DNA of 64,000 bases from Burkholderiales bacterium (GCA_038324515.1 JBBQIB010000002.1:3694-67693); one strand, 5' to 3'; counted from the first letter of the stretch, positions 47,451 through 62,799 are shown. Program-made: numbers and translations. The notes: generated from the sequence alone by a model not told the origin.

Positions 47451-48491
47451 CTACTTCAAGGCGATGGTCTGGCCTGCACCGTCCTTGATCTGGCTCCACG
47501 CAGCGCGAACCAGCTTCTTGACCGATTCGGGCATCGAAACGTACTCGAGATCGGCGGCCATCTTGTCGCCGTTGTTGTAGGCCCAGTCGAAGAACTTCAG
47601 TGTAGCGGCGGCCTTGGCGGGATTGTCTTGCGCCTTGTGCATCAGGATGAAGGTCGCGCCGGTGATCGGCCAGGCCTGAGCTGCAGGCTGCTCGGTCAGG
47701 ATCTGGTAGAAGCTTTTATCCCAGCTGGCGCCTTCGGCCGCAGCCTTGAAGGTCGAGTCGTCAGGGGTCACAAAGTTGCCGGCCCTGTTACGCAAAGCCA
47801 CGTGTGACATCTTGTTGACCTTGGCGTACGAGAACTCGACATAGCCGATCGAGTTGGGCAAGCGCTGCACAAAAGCGGCCACGCCCTCGTTGCCCTTGCC
47901 ACCTGCGCCTGTGGGCCACTTGACCGCAGCGCCCTCGCCGACGGTGGATTTCCAGTCAGGGTTGACCTTGGACAAGTAGTTGGTGAAGATGAAGGTGGTG
48001 CCGGAGCCATCGGCCCGCCGGACCACTGCAATCGTAGTGTCGGGCAGCTTGAGGCCTGGATTGAGGGCCGCGATCGCCGGGTCCGACCACTTGCTGAGCT
48101 TGCCAAGGTAGATGTCGCCAAGCACCTGTCCCGTCAACCGCAATTGGCCCGGCGAGATGCCCTGGATGTTGACCACCGGCACCACACCGCCCATCACGGT
48201 GGGGAACTGGACCAGGCCGTCTTTGGCCAACTCTTCATCGGTCTGAGGTACATCCGAAGCACCGAAATCCACAGTTTTGCCACGAATCTGGCGCATGCCT
48301 GCGCCTGAGCCCACCGATTGGTAATTGATCTTGATACCGGTAGCCTTGTTGTAAGCATCTGCCCACTTGGCATACAACGGTGCGGGGAAGGTGGCGCCGG
48401 CACCCGTGACATCTTGCGCAGATGCGATGGGCGCACTCAGAGCCAGGGCCAGCAGACCCGTGCCACACAGGGCTTTACGGAGTAAGAACAT
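47451..48491 (-). CDS. pstS: Phosphate ABC transporter substrate-binding protein
   Basis: Signal peptide. Motifs GAGATFPAP, GSGAG, DFGASD, RADGSGTT, IGYVE, WPI. Confidence 0.97.
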   Translation of the reverse strand: MFLLRKALCGTGLLALALSAPIASAQDVTGAGATFPAPLYAKWADAYNKATGIKINYQSVGSGAGMRQIRGKTVDFGASDVPQTDEELAKDGLVQFPTVMGGVVPVVNIQGISPGQLRLTGQVLGDIYLGKLSKWSDPAIAALNPGLKLPDTTIAVVRRADGSGTTFIFTNYLSKVNPDWKSTVGEGAAVKWPTGAGGKGNEGVAAFVQRLPNSIGYVEFSYAKVNKMSHVALRNRAGNFVTPDDSTFKAAAEGASWDKSFYQILTEQPAAQAWPITGATFILMHKAQDNPAKAAATLKFFDWAYNNGDKMAADLEYVSMPESVKKLVRAAWSQIKDGAGQTIALK

Positions 48492-48536
48492 GTTTTTGCC
48501 TTTCCAGCAGTTGAAGAAATTCTTCGCAATGCTGAA

Positions 48537-48570
48537 ATGGTAGACCCGAGTTGTGACGGCACTGTGACAG
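48537..48570 (-). promoter_or_regulatory. Pho box and -10 element of the pstS promoter
   Basis: Minus strand reads CTGTCAC-AGTG-CCGTCAC (48570-48553), then 10 nt, then TACCAT (48542-48537). This is canonical PhoB promoter geometry. Confidence 0.88.
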
Positions 48571-48698
48571 CCTCAGTTCAATTCGTCGGCAAGAAAGAGC
48601 TTGCGCAAGAACCGCCAAGACCCACCTGCTCTGGGCAATGCAGAGCGCGGACTTTGCAGCGCCAGCATGAGGGCGCCGACAAAAACCCGCCGGGATGC

Positions 48699-50033
48699 CT
48701 ATCCCCGGGCAGCAGCAGTGGCCATCGCCTGGGCCCAGTGCTGCCCCACCGCGGCCTCCTGGGCTTCCACCATCACCCGCAAGACAGGCTCGGTGCCTGA
48801 GGCACGAATCAGCACCCTGCCTTGAGCGCCCAGCGCAGACTCTGCTTCGCGCCGGGTTTGCGCCAGCTCAAGGTTCTTCTGCCAATCGCTGCCTTCAGGC
48901 AACCTGACGTTGATCAGCGTCTGGGGGAACAGTCTCAAGCCTTCCAGCAGCGCTGCCAGCGGCTTGCCGGCGCGGCGGATGGCTTGCAAGATCTGCAGCG
49001 CACTGACAATGCCGTCGCCAGTGGAATGGCGATCCAGCGCCAGCAAGTGGCCCGAGCTTTCGCCGCCCAGCGCCCAGCCCCGCGCCGACAGCTCTTCGAG
49101 CACATAGCGGTCACCGACTTTGGCGCGCACCAGCTTCACGCCTTGGGCTGACAAAGCGATCTCTACAGCCATGTTGGTCATCAAGGTGCCCACCACGCCG
49201 GGCACCTCACGCCGTTGCATCAAGCGGTCAGTGGCCATCACAAACAGCAACTCATCACCATTGAACAGCCGGCCCTCAGCATCGACCATCTGCAGGCGAT
49301 CGGCATCGCCATCCAGGGCAATGCCGTAGTCCGCGCGGTTGGCAGCCACTGCGGCCAACAGTGCCTGGGGGTGAGTGGCGCCCACATTGAGGTTGATGTT
49401 CAGGCCGTCCGGGCTGCAGCCCACCTTGATGACCTCTGCGCCCAGCTCGTGAAAGACCTCCGGCGCCACCTGGTACGCCGCACCATGGGCTGCATCGACG
49501 ACGATTTTCATGCCCTTCAACGACATCGTGTGAGGCACCGTGCCTTTGCAGAACTCGATGTAGCGCCCGCGTGCGTCTTCCAGGCGCTTGGCGCGCCCGA
49601 GATCCACCGATTCGACCCAGCGGGGGGCTTTGGTGAGCTCAGCCTCGACGTCCAGCTCCCACTCATCGGGCAGCTTTTCGCCGCGGGCCGAGAAGAACTT
49701 GATGCCGTTGTCCTCGAAACCGTTGTGTGATGCACTGATGACCACACCCAGATCCAGTCTGAGTGCACGCGTCAGATAAGCCACTCCTGGCGTGGGCAAA
49801 GGGCCGCTGAGAAAGACATCGACGCCGGCAGAAGCAAATCCCGCCTCCAGCGACGACTCCAGCATGTAACCCGATATGCGGGTGTCCTTGCCGATCAAAA
49901 CGGCCGGCCTGGCAGCCTTGCGCTTGAGCACCTGGCCCACCGCGTGTCCCAACCGCAGCATGAAGTCGGGCGTGATCGGGCCCTGCCCGACGCGGCCGCG
50001 AATGCCATCGGTTCCGAAGTAGGTTCTGCTCAT
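48699..50033 (-). CDS. glmM: Phosphoglucosamine mutase
   Basis: Motifs [49 protein letters not shown]. Confidence 0.97.
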   Translation of the reverse strand: MSRTYFGTDGIRGRVGQGPITPDFMLRLGHAVGQVLKRKAARPAVLIGKDTRISGYMLESSLEAGFASAGVDVFLSGPLPTPGVAYLTRALRLDLGVVISASHNGFEDNGIKFFSARGEKLPDEWELDVEAELTKAPRWVESVDLGRAKRLEDARGRYIEFCKGTVPHTMSLKGMKIVVDAAHGAAYQVAPEVFHELGAEVIKVGCSPDGLNINLNVGATHPQALLAAVAANRADYGIALDGDADRLQMVDAEGRLFNGDELLFVMATDRLMQRREVPGVVGTLMTNMAVEIALSAQGVKLVRAKVGDRYVLEELSARGWALGGESSGHLLALDRHSTGDGIVSALQILQAIRRAGKPLAALLEGLRLFPQTLINVRLPEGSDWQKNLELAQTRREAESALGAQGRVLIRASGTEPVLRVMVEAQEAAVGQHWAQAMATAAARG

Positions 50034-50271
50034 GCGCTGGGTGTCCTCGTTGTTCAATCACTCGTCAGGCTTGGCGAGCTGCAGCGCACAGCGCCAGAAG
50101 CACGATTGTCCTGGGAGAGTGCACGGGTCGATGTTGTAAGAACAGCTTCCAATTCGAGACAGTTGTCACTGCTTTGCGGTCAGCCGGCAGGTTGAAAGTT
50201 GCAGGTTGCAGCCCCCATGGATTCTCTTGCCTGAGACTTGGGCGCTGCTCGCCAGGCCGGCTTGATGAGCT

Positions 50272-51123
50272 TCAGCCAGCCAAGGTGGCTGCGCGCCACA
50301 GCTTGAGTGCGTCCACCGTCGGCGCCACGTCGTGAACGCGCACGATGCGTGCGCCACGCTCCACCGCCAGCACAGCCGCAGCCACGCTGGCGGCCAGACG
50401 GTCGTGTACGGCGCGCCCCGTGATTTGCCCCAAGGTGCCTTTGCGCGACCAGCCCACCAGCAACGGGCGCGGCAAAGCGCAGAGCTCGTGTTGCCGAGCC
50501 AGCAATTGCAGATTGTGGCTGGCGGTTTTGGCGAATCCTATGCCCGGGTCCAGCACCACACGCTGGGCTGCAATGCCAGCCGCGCAAATCTCAGCCAATC
50601 GCAGCAGCAAAGCCTCGCGGACCTCATTCACCACGTCTGCGTACACAGCCAGTGAGGCCATCGTCGAGGGTTCGCCGCGCATGTGCATCAGGCACAGCCC
50701 GCAACTCGGGTGGCCCCGCACAGCTGCCAGCGCATCCGCTTGGCGCAGGGCACGCACGTCGTTGACGATGTCCACTCCCAGGTCCAGAGCTTGCTGCATG
50801 ACCCAGGCCCGGCTGGTATCCACCGACACCGGCACACCCAGAGTCAGGGCACCCTTCAAGACCGGCAGGATCCTGGCCAGCTCTTGCTGCGGCGCAAGCG
50901 CTTGCGCGCCAGGCCGGGTGGACTCGCCGCCGATGTCCAGAATGTCCACGCCTTGCAGCACCAATTGCTCGCAATGGGCCAAGGCCTTGGCTGCATCGTC
51001 ATGGCGGCCACCGTCCGAGAACGAATCTGGCGTCACATTGACGATGCCCATGACCCAGGGCCGGTCCAGGCGCAGAACCCCCCGTGTCACCTGCCAGCTG
51101 GGGGAGTCCCCAGCGGCAGCCAT
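50272..51123 (-). CDS. folP: Dihydropteroate synthase
   Basis: Motifs MGIVNVTPDSFSDGG, DIGGESTRPG, DPGIGFAK, SRK, RVHDV. Confidence 0.96.
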   Translation of the reverse strand: MAAAGDSPSWQVTRGVLRLDRPWVMGIVNVTPDSFSDGGRHDDAAKALAHCEQLVLQGVDILDIGGESTRPGAQALAPQQELARILPVLKGALTLGVPVSVDTSRAWVMQQALDLGVDIVNDVRALRQADALAAVRGHPSCGLCLMHMRGEPSTMASLAVYADVVNEVREALLLRLAEICAAGIAAQRVVLDPGIGFAKTASHNLQLLARQHELCALPRPLLVGWSRKGTLGQITGRAVHDRLAASVAAAVLAVERGARIVRVHDVAPTVDALKLWRAATLAG

Positions 51124-51140
51124 CTGCTCAGGCGGCCGGT

Positions 51141-53048
<1,908 letters not shown>

Positions 53049-53222
53049 CGCGGCTCCTTTTCCAGTTCAGCGGGCTGACGCATCAGGTTTGACACGCCAC
53101 ACGCCACGGTAGTTGGGGATGATTCTAAGAGAGACAAGGGCTGGGCTCCTGTTCATAAGGGCTGCTGCATCCAACCAAATTCGGCCTTCGTCGGCAGGTA
53201 GACATTCAAGACATCCCGAACC

Positions 53223-53882
53223 TTAGCGCTTTCCTGGTTCCATGCCCACCAGAAAGGTTTCTGCGGATTTATCACGGCTGGCTTTGGGTTTGATGGCTTT
53301 GACGACCCTGAACTGTTGTTTGAACAAACTCACCATGGGTTGGTAGGCACTGCCGTGAAACAGCTTACAGACCAAAGTCCCCTTGGCATGCAGATGTTGA
53401 ATCGCAAATTCGACCGCGAGTTCCACCAGATGCTCGATGCGCGCGCCGTCGGTGGCACCGATGCCTGACAGGTTGGGCGCCAGGTCCGACAGCACGACAT
53501 CCACTCGGCGGCCCCCGAGGGCTTGGTGCATCTGTTGCGCCACTTCGGCTTCACGGAAGTCGCCGCGGATGAATTGCACGCCTTCGATGGGCAACATGTC
53601 GATCAGGTCCAGGGCCAGGATGGTGCCATCCAGCGCCCCAACGGCGGCACCCGATGGCGCCAGGCGGCGACGGATGTACTGACTCCAGGCGCCGGGCGCG
53701 CAGCCCAGGTCAACCACCAACTGCCCAGGCTTGAGCAGCTGCAATGACTCGTCGATTTCCTTGAGTTTGTAAGCAGCACGAGCGCGATAACCGTCGCGCT
53801 GCGCGGCTTTGACATAAGGGTCATTGACGTGTTCGTTGAGCCAGGCCTTGTTGACCTTCTTGCTTTGGGTGATGACTTTCAT
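53223..53882 (-). CDS. rlmE: 23S rRNA Um2552 methyltransferase
   Basis: Motifs YRARAAYKL, DLGCAPGAWSQ, SDLAPN, KPKASR..S.E. Confidence 0.95.
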   Translation of the reverse strand: MKVITQSKKVNKAWLNEHVNDPYVKAAQRDGYRARAAYKLKEIDESLQLLKPGQLVVDLGCAPGAWSQYIRRRLAPSGAAVGALDGTILALDLIDMLPIEGVQFIRGDFREAEVAQQMHQALGGRRVDVVLSDLAPNLSGIGATDGARIEHLVELAVEFAIQHLHAKGTLVCKLFHGSAYQPMVSLFKQQFRVVKAIKPKASRDKSAETFLVGMEPGKR

Positions 53883-53902
53883 TGCCAGCCGATAATACGG
53901 CC

Positions 53903-54376
53903 ATGCCTGCCATCACCCTGAGCGCCACTGAGCGCAAATCCCATCGTTCGATGGCCCATCACCTCAGCCCCGTCGTCATCGTAGGCTCGGACGGGCTGTC
54001 GGCTGCGGTCGAACAGGAGATCGACCACGCGCTCAACGCCCACGGATTGATCAAAGTGCGGGTCTTTTCCGACGACCGGCTGGCGCGCCAGACGATGCTG
54101 GCAAGTCTGGCAGAAAAGCTCAACGCGGCGCCCATCCAACACATCGGCAAACTGTTGGTGCTGTGGCGCCCCGTCCCGCCCAGGCTCAAGACCGAGCGCG
54201 ACGACCGCAAAGCGGGCCCACGCATGGTCACACTGGTCAGCTTTTCCAAGAGCGGCAACCACAGGGCCACGGTGAAGAAGGTCAAGGTCTTTGGCAATGA
54301 GCGGGTGGCTGCTGGCGGCGCCATCAAGCGCTCGCGCGTGCGCACCAGCAGCGTCAAGAAAAAGGCCGCCGAATAG
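53903..54376 (+). CDS. yhbY: YhbY/CRM RNA-binding protein
   Basis: Motifs AHHLSPVVIVG..GL, HGLIKVR, QHIGKLLVLWR. Divergent from rlmE. Confidence 0.92.
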   Translation: MPAITLSATERKSHRSMAHHLSPVVIVGSDGLSAAVEQEIDHALNAHGLIKVRVFSDDRLARQTMLASLAEKLNAAPIQHIGKLLVLWRPVPPRLKTERDDRKAGPRMVTLVSFSKSGNHRATVKKVKVFGNERVAAGGAIKRSRVRTSSVKKKAAE

Positions 54377-54391
54377 AACAGGTCCGGGGCG

Positions 54392-54862
54392 TTATCTTGA
54401 AGTCACTGCACGCCAGGCCAGGGCGGCCACCAGCACGATCTTGACAGCAAAAAAGCCGCCACTGATGAGGTGCAGTTGCGCAAAACTCAAGGCACCCTGC
54501 CCCGCCCGGGCCTGCACCATCAAAGGCTGCAACACGTAGTAGCCCACGACCGTGCACCCCAGAGTGCCCAGCGCCAGCACCATGCCCGCTGAAAACTGCG
54601 AGCCAGCACCACTTTCAGCCCCCAGCCTGGCCTGTTGCCGCTCAAGCACCAGCACCAGCGCACCCAAAAAAAGGCTCAAGGCAGCTTCCTGCTGCAACAG
54701 TCGCGCCGCCAGGCGCCCAGCGTCGGCTTGCGCAAGCAGTGCAAAGCCCGCAGGCGTGGCGAGCAGCGCCAGGCTGAGCAGCGCGCCCAGCCAGATGCCC
54801 GGCAAGGCCACTGCGAGCCGCCTGAAAAACGCGGGGCTCAGCTTGCGCAAGCCGGTGGCCAC
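54392..54862 (-). CDS. DUF4149 membrane protein
   Basis: Four TM helices. Motifs AGRLAA, FAQLH. Conserved position downstream of greA. Confidence 0.8.
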   Translation of the reverse strand: MATGLRKLSPAFFRRLAVALPGIWLGALLSLALLATPAGFALLAQADAGRLAARLLQQEAALSLFLGALVLVLERQQARLGAESGAGSQFSAGMVLALGTLGCTVVGYYVLQPLMVQARAGQGALSFAQLHLISGGFFAVKIVLVAALAWRAVTSR

Positions 54863-54907
54863 GGCGAGGGCGCCGTTTGGGCCCGCTTCAATCCGTTTCA
54901 GCCCGCT

Positions 54908-55384
54908 TCAGGCGTAACGCACCTTGACGATTTCCCAACGCCGCAAACCACCCGGCGCCTGCACTTCTGCCACGTCACCCTCTTCTTTGCCAATCAGTGC
55001 CCGAGCAATCGGGCTGCTGATCGAAACCAGGCCCAGCTTCAGGTCAGCCTCGTCGTCGCCCACGATCTGGTAGCTGACTTGCTTGCCGCTGTCTTCGTCT
55101 TGGAGCTCAACGGTGGTTCCGAACACCACCCTGCCATTGGCGTCCAGTGTCGAGGGGTCGATGATCTGCGCAGCAGCCAGTTTCGATTCCAACTCTTTGA
55201 TGCGGCCCTCTATGAAGCCCTGCTTGTCCTTGGCGGCGTCGTACTCTGCGTTCTCGGACAAATCACCCTGCGCACGCGCCTCGGCGATGGCCTGGATCAC
55301 GGCGTGCCGCTCGACGGTTTTCAACCGGTGCAGTTCGGCCTTGAGCAGGTCGGCGCCACGTTGGGTCAGGGGAATGGTTGACAT
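54908..55384 (-). CDS. greA: Transcription elongation factor GreA
   Basis: Motifs ARAQGDLSENAEY, IVGDDEAD, SPIARALIGK. Confidence 0.97.
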   Translation of the reverse strand: MSTIPLTQRGADLLKAELHRLKTVERHAVIQAIAEARAQGDLSENAEYDAAKDKQGFIEGRIKELESKLAAAQIIDPSTLDANGRVVFGTTVELQDEDSGKQVSYQIVGDDEADLKLGLVSISSPIARALIGKEEGDVAEVQAPGGLRRWEIVKVRYA

Positions 55385-55479
55385 GGCAGGTACTCTTCAG
55401 AAGGGGTGGCTGAGCCACTACGCGTCGATCCGGCAAGCAGCCTGGCCGAGCTGTGATCGGCAGGCAAGAGGATCAGCAC

Positions 55480-55557
55480 AAAAAGGGAATCCGCCGCCGG
55501 GCCGTTGCAAAAGGGCTGCAACCAAGACCTCAACGACGGACGACAAGCCAGATTTTA
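55480..55557 (-). promoter_or_regulatory. greA promoter and leader terminator/attenuator
   Basis: TAAAAT at 55557-55552, then a hairpin TCCGTCGTTGAGGTC...GGCCCGGCGGCGGA followed by TTCCCTTTTT, ~95 nt before the ATG. Confidence 0.6.
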
Positions 55558-55723
55558 GTGCAGGCCGCTTGCAAACCCAAGACTGTCGGCCCAAAGTCAG
55601 TAGGCCCAAACGTCTTGGCTGCAGAACCATCCGCAACTGGCGCAAGCTTCAGTACCAGATCGCTGGCCGCCTCGACGGACGTTCAGGTAGAGGTGGGCAG
55701 GGCCCGCCCGAGATAGCCTGGGT

Positions 55724-59020
<3,297 letters not shown>

Positions 59021-59021
59021 C

Positions 59022-60197
59022 TCAGTGTTTCTCCATCCAGTGTTTGTCCATCAAGTGCACGAAGCGGTCGAACAGGTAGACGATGTCGTGGGGACCGGGG
59101 CTCGCTTCAGGGTGCCCCTGGAAGCCGAAGGCCGGCTTGTCGGTGCGCGTCACACCCTGCAGGCTGCGGTCAAACAAGCTGATGTGGGTGGCCCGCAAAT
59201 GTTGCGGCAGGCTGTCGGCATCGACCGCGAAGCCGTGGTTCTGGCTGGTGATGCTGACCCGCCCGCTGTCCAGGTCCTGCACCGGGTGGTTGGCGCCGTG
59301 GTGTCCGAACTTCATCTTGAAAGTCCGCGCGCCACAGGCCAGAGCCATGATCTGGTGGCCCAGACAAATGCCGAACGTCGGCAGCCCCTGCGCCATCAGG
59401 CTGCGCGCAGCGGCGATGGCGTAGTCGCAGGGCTCGGGGTCGCCTGGGCCGTTGCTGAGAAACACGCCATCTGGCTGCATCGCCAACACCTGGCTGGCGG
59501 GCGTCTGAGCCGGCACGACGGTGACGCGGCAACCGCGGCTGACCAGCATGCGCAAGATGTTGCGCTTGATGCCGAAATCGTAGGCCACGACGTGAAAACG
59601 CGCTTCAGGCGCTGCAGCAAAGCCTTGCGCGCCCAGCGCCGGATCCCACTCACCTTGCTGCCACTCGTAGGCTTCATTGACCGACACCACTTTGGCCAAG
59701 TCCAACCCCGCCATCGACGGCGCTGCTTGGGCCTGACGAACGGCCTCTCGGCGCTGACTGTCGTTGATCGGCGTACCTGCAGGCAGACTCAGAATGCAGC
59801 CGTTCATCGCGCCGGCGCTGCGCAAGTGGCGGGTCAGCTTGCGTGTATCGATGTCGGCAATCGCCACCGTGCCTTGCTGGGCCAGAAACTCGGGCAACGA
59901 GGCAGTGGCCCTGAAGTTGGAGTGGCGCAGCGGCACATCCTTGACGATCAGCCCTGCTGCGTGCACCTTCGCAGACTCCATGTCGCCCTCGTTGACCCCC
60001 ACGTTGCCGATGTGCGGGTAGGTCAGCGTGACGATCTGACGGCAGTAACTGGGGTCGCTGAGGATCTCCTGGTAGCCAGTCAGCGCGGTGTTGAACACCA
60101 CCTCGCCCACCGTGCTGCCGGGCGCGCCGACGGAGATGCCGGCAAATGTGGACCCGTCTGCAAGAGCAAGAAGAGCGAGAGGCAGAACGGGCAACAA
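59022..60197 (-). CDS. carA: Carbamoyl-phosphate synthase small subunit
   Basis: Motifs [37 protein letters not shown]. Probable TTG start at 60197 after GGAG. Confidence 0.96.
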   Translation of the reverse strand: MLPVLPLALLALADGSTFAGISVGAPGSTVGEVVFNTALTGYQEILSDPSYCRQIVTLTYPHIGNVGVNEGDMESAKVHAAGLIVKDVPLRHSNFRATASLPEFLAQQGTVAIADIDTRKLTRHLRSAGAMNGCILSLPAGTPINDSQRREAVRQAQAAPSMAGLDLAKVVSVNEAYEWQQGEWDPALGAQGFAAAPEARFHVVAYDFGIKRNILRMLVSRGCRVTVVPAQTPASQVLAMQPDGVFLSNGPGDPEPCDYAIAAARSLMAQGLPTFGICLGHQIMALACGARTFKMKFGHHGANHPVQDLDSGRVSITSQNHGFAVDADSLPQHLRATHISLFDRSLQGVTRTDKPAFGFQGHPEASPGPHDIVYLFDRFVHLMDKHWMEKH

Positions 60198-60502
60198 GGA
60201 TGGGCTCCGGTTTGTGCGCTCTCGACGCTGCCCAACCACCCCAAGTCCGGCCGAAGCCAGCGACGGGTGGGGTCTGCAGATCAAGGGTGAAACCGGGGAG
60301 AGTTTCTTGCGCGCTGAGTGATGTCGGGCAAACCCGCAGATTGTAGCCGGCTGCACCTGGGCCCCAGGGAGCACACGGGCCGCCATGCGCGAACCGGAGC
60401 CCTGATGGCCAAGCCTGGACTCGGGCTATGGCGCGCATTTGCGACGACGGGCAGGCGTCTTTTGGCGTGATGAGTGGGCATGCTCGAAAGACTCTCAGTC
60501 TC

Positions 60503-61327
60503 TCAGCTTGCGGCCGACAACTCCATGCAAAAACTGTTGGAAAGCTCCGGGTAAGGCTTGGCCACGATTTGCAGCGCCCGCCATACATCGGGAGTCAGAG
60601 CCAATTGTTCGAGTTGCCGGCTGGTCACCGGCTTGAGCAGCAATCCCTCGGTCGACTCGATCTTGTAGCCGCACTCCTGCACCAGACGGCGCAGGCTTGC
60701 GACGTCGAAATAGCGCTGATGTCCCAGTGCGCGGTCAGCAGCGCTCAGGGCAAAACAATCCGCCAGCAATCCGGCTTCGTAACCAATCCGACGGTGCAGC
60801 GACATGGCATTTGGCACAGCCACGAACATGCGCCCACCTGGGGCCAGAAAGCGCCGCATGCGCTGCAGCAGCTTGACGGGGTCATCCACATGCTCAAGCA
60901 CAAAGCCCGCCTCTATGGCGTCAAAGCGCTCGGCGTGCTCAAAGCTCTCAAAGTAGGCCTCGACCAGCTCAAGCCCAGGCGGCATGGGGTGCACCGATTG
61001 CTCAAACTCATGCAACATCTGGCCGGCAGCGTCCACCAACACATAGCGCTTCAGCACTCCTTCGCTCACCAGTTGCACCAGGGAACGTGCGACTTCGGCG
61101 TGGCCAACACCCAGACTGAGCATGGACCGCCATCGCTGGGTGAGCGCCAGCGTTGCCAGGCGTGCACCGTAAGCCTCGTGCACGACTCGGTTCTCTTCAA
61201 AGTGCGGGAAAGCCTTGTCGTAAGCTGGCAGGTGCCTGTCCAAACCTGGGCCAGCCGCCTGTTGTTGATCCCGCTCCAGCGACTGCTGCTGCTGCTGCTG
61301 CTGCTGAACTTGCTCTCGCGATCTCAT
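60503..61327 (-). CDS. Class I SAM-dependent methyltransferase with N-terminal poly-Q
   Basis: Motifs LSLGVG, VDA, FDAI, VLEHVDDP, LAPGG, VPNA.SLHR, GHQRYF. Confidence 0.88.
   Translation of the reverse strand: MRSREQVQQQQQQQQSLERDQQQAAGPGLDRHLPAYDKAFPHFEENRVVHEAYGARLATLALTQRWRSMLSLGVGHAEVARSLVQLVSEGVLKRYVLVDAAGQMLHEFEQSVHPMPPGLELVEAYFESFEHAERFDAIEAGFVLEHVDDPVKLLQRMRRFLAPGGRMFVAVPNAMSLHRRIGYEAGLLADCFALSAADRALGHQRYFDVASLRRLVQECGYKIESTEGLLLKPVTSRQLEQLALTPDVWRALQIVAKPYPELSNSFCMELSAAS
61283..61306. repeat. (CAG)8 trinucleotide microsatellite
   Basis: Perfect ctg x8 on +, encoding Q8. Confidence 0.95.
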
Positions 61328-61380
61328 TCAGGCCCTACGAACAAGCGCCACGTGCTGCTGAGCCTGATCCAGCAAGTGCG

Positions 61381-61788
61381 TCACACGCCCAACGCCGCGA
61401 TGCCTGTTCGCGCAATCTGCGCGTCCTCGCTGGACTTCACGCCGCTGACACCCACGGCGCCCACACATTGACCGTCCACCATGATCGGCACGCCGCCTTC
61501 CAGCAAGCCCTGCAAGCCAGGCGCACTGAGAAAGGACACCCTGCCCTGGTTGATCATCTCTTCATAAATTCGACTCTCACGCCTGCCCAGGGCAGCAGTC
61601 TGTGCTTTGGCCGGAGCGATGGCTGAGGAAATTGGCGCGGCGCCGTCCAACCTTTGCAGCCAGAGCAGATGGCCGCCGTCGTCAACGATGGCGATCACCA
61701 CTGCCCAGCTGTTGCGCAGGGCTTCCTGCTCTGCCGCCGCAGCGATCGTTTTACAGTCATCCAGGGTGAGTACTGATTTTTGCTTCAT
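61381..61788 (-). CDS. GlcG/HbpS heme-binding protein
   Basis: Motifs IAIVDDGGH, RLDGA, AKAQTA, GGVPI, GAVGVSG, DAQIA. Confidence 0.92.
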   Translation of the reverse strand: MKQKSVLTLDDCKTIAAAAEQEALRNSWAVVIAIVDDGGHLLWLQRLDGAAPISSAIAPAKAQTAALGRRESRIYEEMINQGRVSFLSAPGLQGLLEGGVPIMVDGQCVGAVGVSGVKSSEDAQIARTGIAALGV

Positions 61789-62005
61789 GGGCTGAACGAT
61801 AGCGTCAATTCAAGCCTCTTGAATCGCAGGCGATCAGCCTAACCTGCATCGGCATGGGGATGGGCAAACAAACTGGATCCGGCAAAACTGCGCAGGGTGC
61901 GTTTCGGTTTACACGCCTGCAGAGTAGGGATATCCCGCCTGATTGCCAGCGCCACCTAAAATCGACACATCGGTGGCAACACCATTTCACTCAGTTGGAG
62001 GTTTC

Positions 62006-62695
62006 ATGAACCAAAGCGTGCAGAACTATCCTGGCGCAGCCGGAAGCGGCGCGCTGTCAGCGCAACGCAACCGCGTCCTGCGCAACACCTACTGGCTGTT
62101 GTCCTTGTCGATGGTGCCCACTGTGCTGGGTGCCTGGATCGGGGTGCAGACCGGCATCGCCAGCATGATGTCGCCTGGTATCGGCTTGATCGTGTTTCTG
62201 GCCGGTGCATTCGGCTTCATGTTCGCCATCCACAAGAACAAGGATTCGGCGGCGGGTGTGCCAATTTTGTTGGCCTTCACCTTCTTCATGGGCCTGATGT
62301 TGTCGCGTCTGCTCAGCGTTGTGCTCGCCACCAGCGGTCCGGGTGTCGTGATGACAGCCTTTGGCGGCACCGCAGGCATCTTCTTCGTGATGGCTTCGCT
62401 GTCAACGATGATCAAGCGCGACCTGAGCTCGATGGGCAAGTTTCTGACCATCGGTGTATTGATGCTGTTTGTTGCGCTGCTGGCCAATTTCTTCATCCAG
62501 TCCAGCGCCCTGATGATCACGCTGGCCGTGATGGGCATGGGCATCTTCTCGGCCTTCATTCTGTATGACCTGAAGCAGGTGCGGGACGGCTACGAGACCA
62601 ATTACATCACTGCCACCCTGGGCGTTTATCTCAGCATCTACAACGTCTTTCAGATGCTGTTGGTACTGCTGGGTATCGGCGGCAGCGACGACTGA
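62006..62695 (+). CDS. yccA: Bax inhibitor-1 / YccA family membrane protein
   Basis: VLRNTYWLL, seven TM helices, ETNYITATL..YL..YN.F. GGAGG RBS. Confidence 0.92.
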   Translation: MNQSVQNYPGAAGSGALSAQRNRVLRNTYWLLSLSMVPTVLGAWIGVQTGIASMMSPGIGLIVFLAGAFGFMFAIHKNKDSAAGVPILLAFTFFMGLMLSRLLSVVLATSGPGVVMTAFGGTAGIFFVMASLSTMIKRDLSSMGKFLTIGVLMLFVALLANFFIQSSALMITLAVMGMGIFSAFILYDLKQVRDGYETNYITATLGVYLSIYNVFQMLLVLLGIGGSDD

Positions 62696-62741
62696 TCAAG
62701 TCGTCCAGGACCGAGCGCAATCTTTTGCGCAGTCCGGCAGC

Positions 62742-62768
62742 AAACGGGGCCCGAAGGCCCCGTTTTTT
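62742..62768. terminator. Intrinsic (likely bidirectional) terminator between yccA and rlmD
   Basis: AAACGGGGCC-CGAA-GGCCCCGTTT-TTT. Confidence 0.9.
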
Positions 62769-62799
62769 CGTCCGCTCGCTTTGTGCCAACCGCCGCGCC

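Noticed and set aside
60198-60386. 63-aa N-terminal extension of CarA
   Set aside because: Homology starts at [14 protein letters not shown]. The extension spans a promoter and structured leader.
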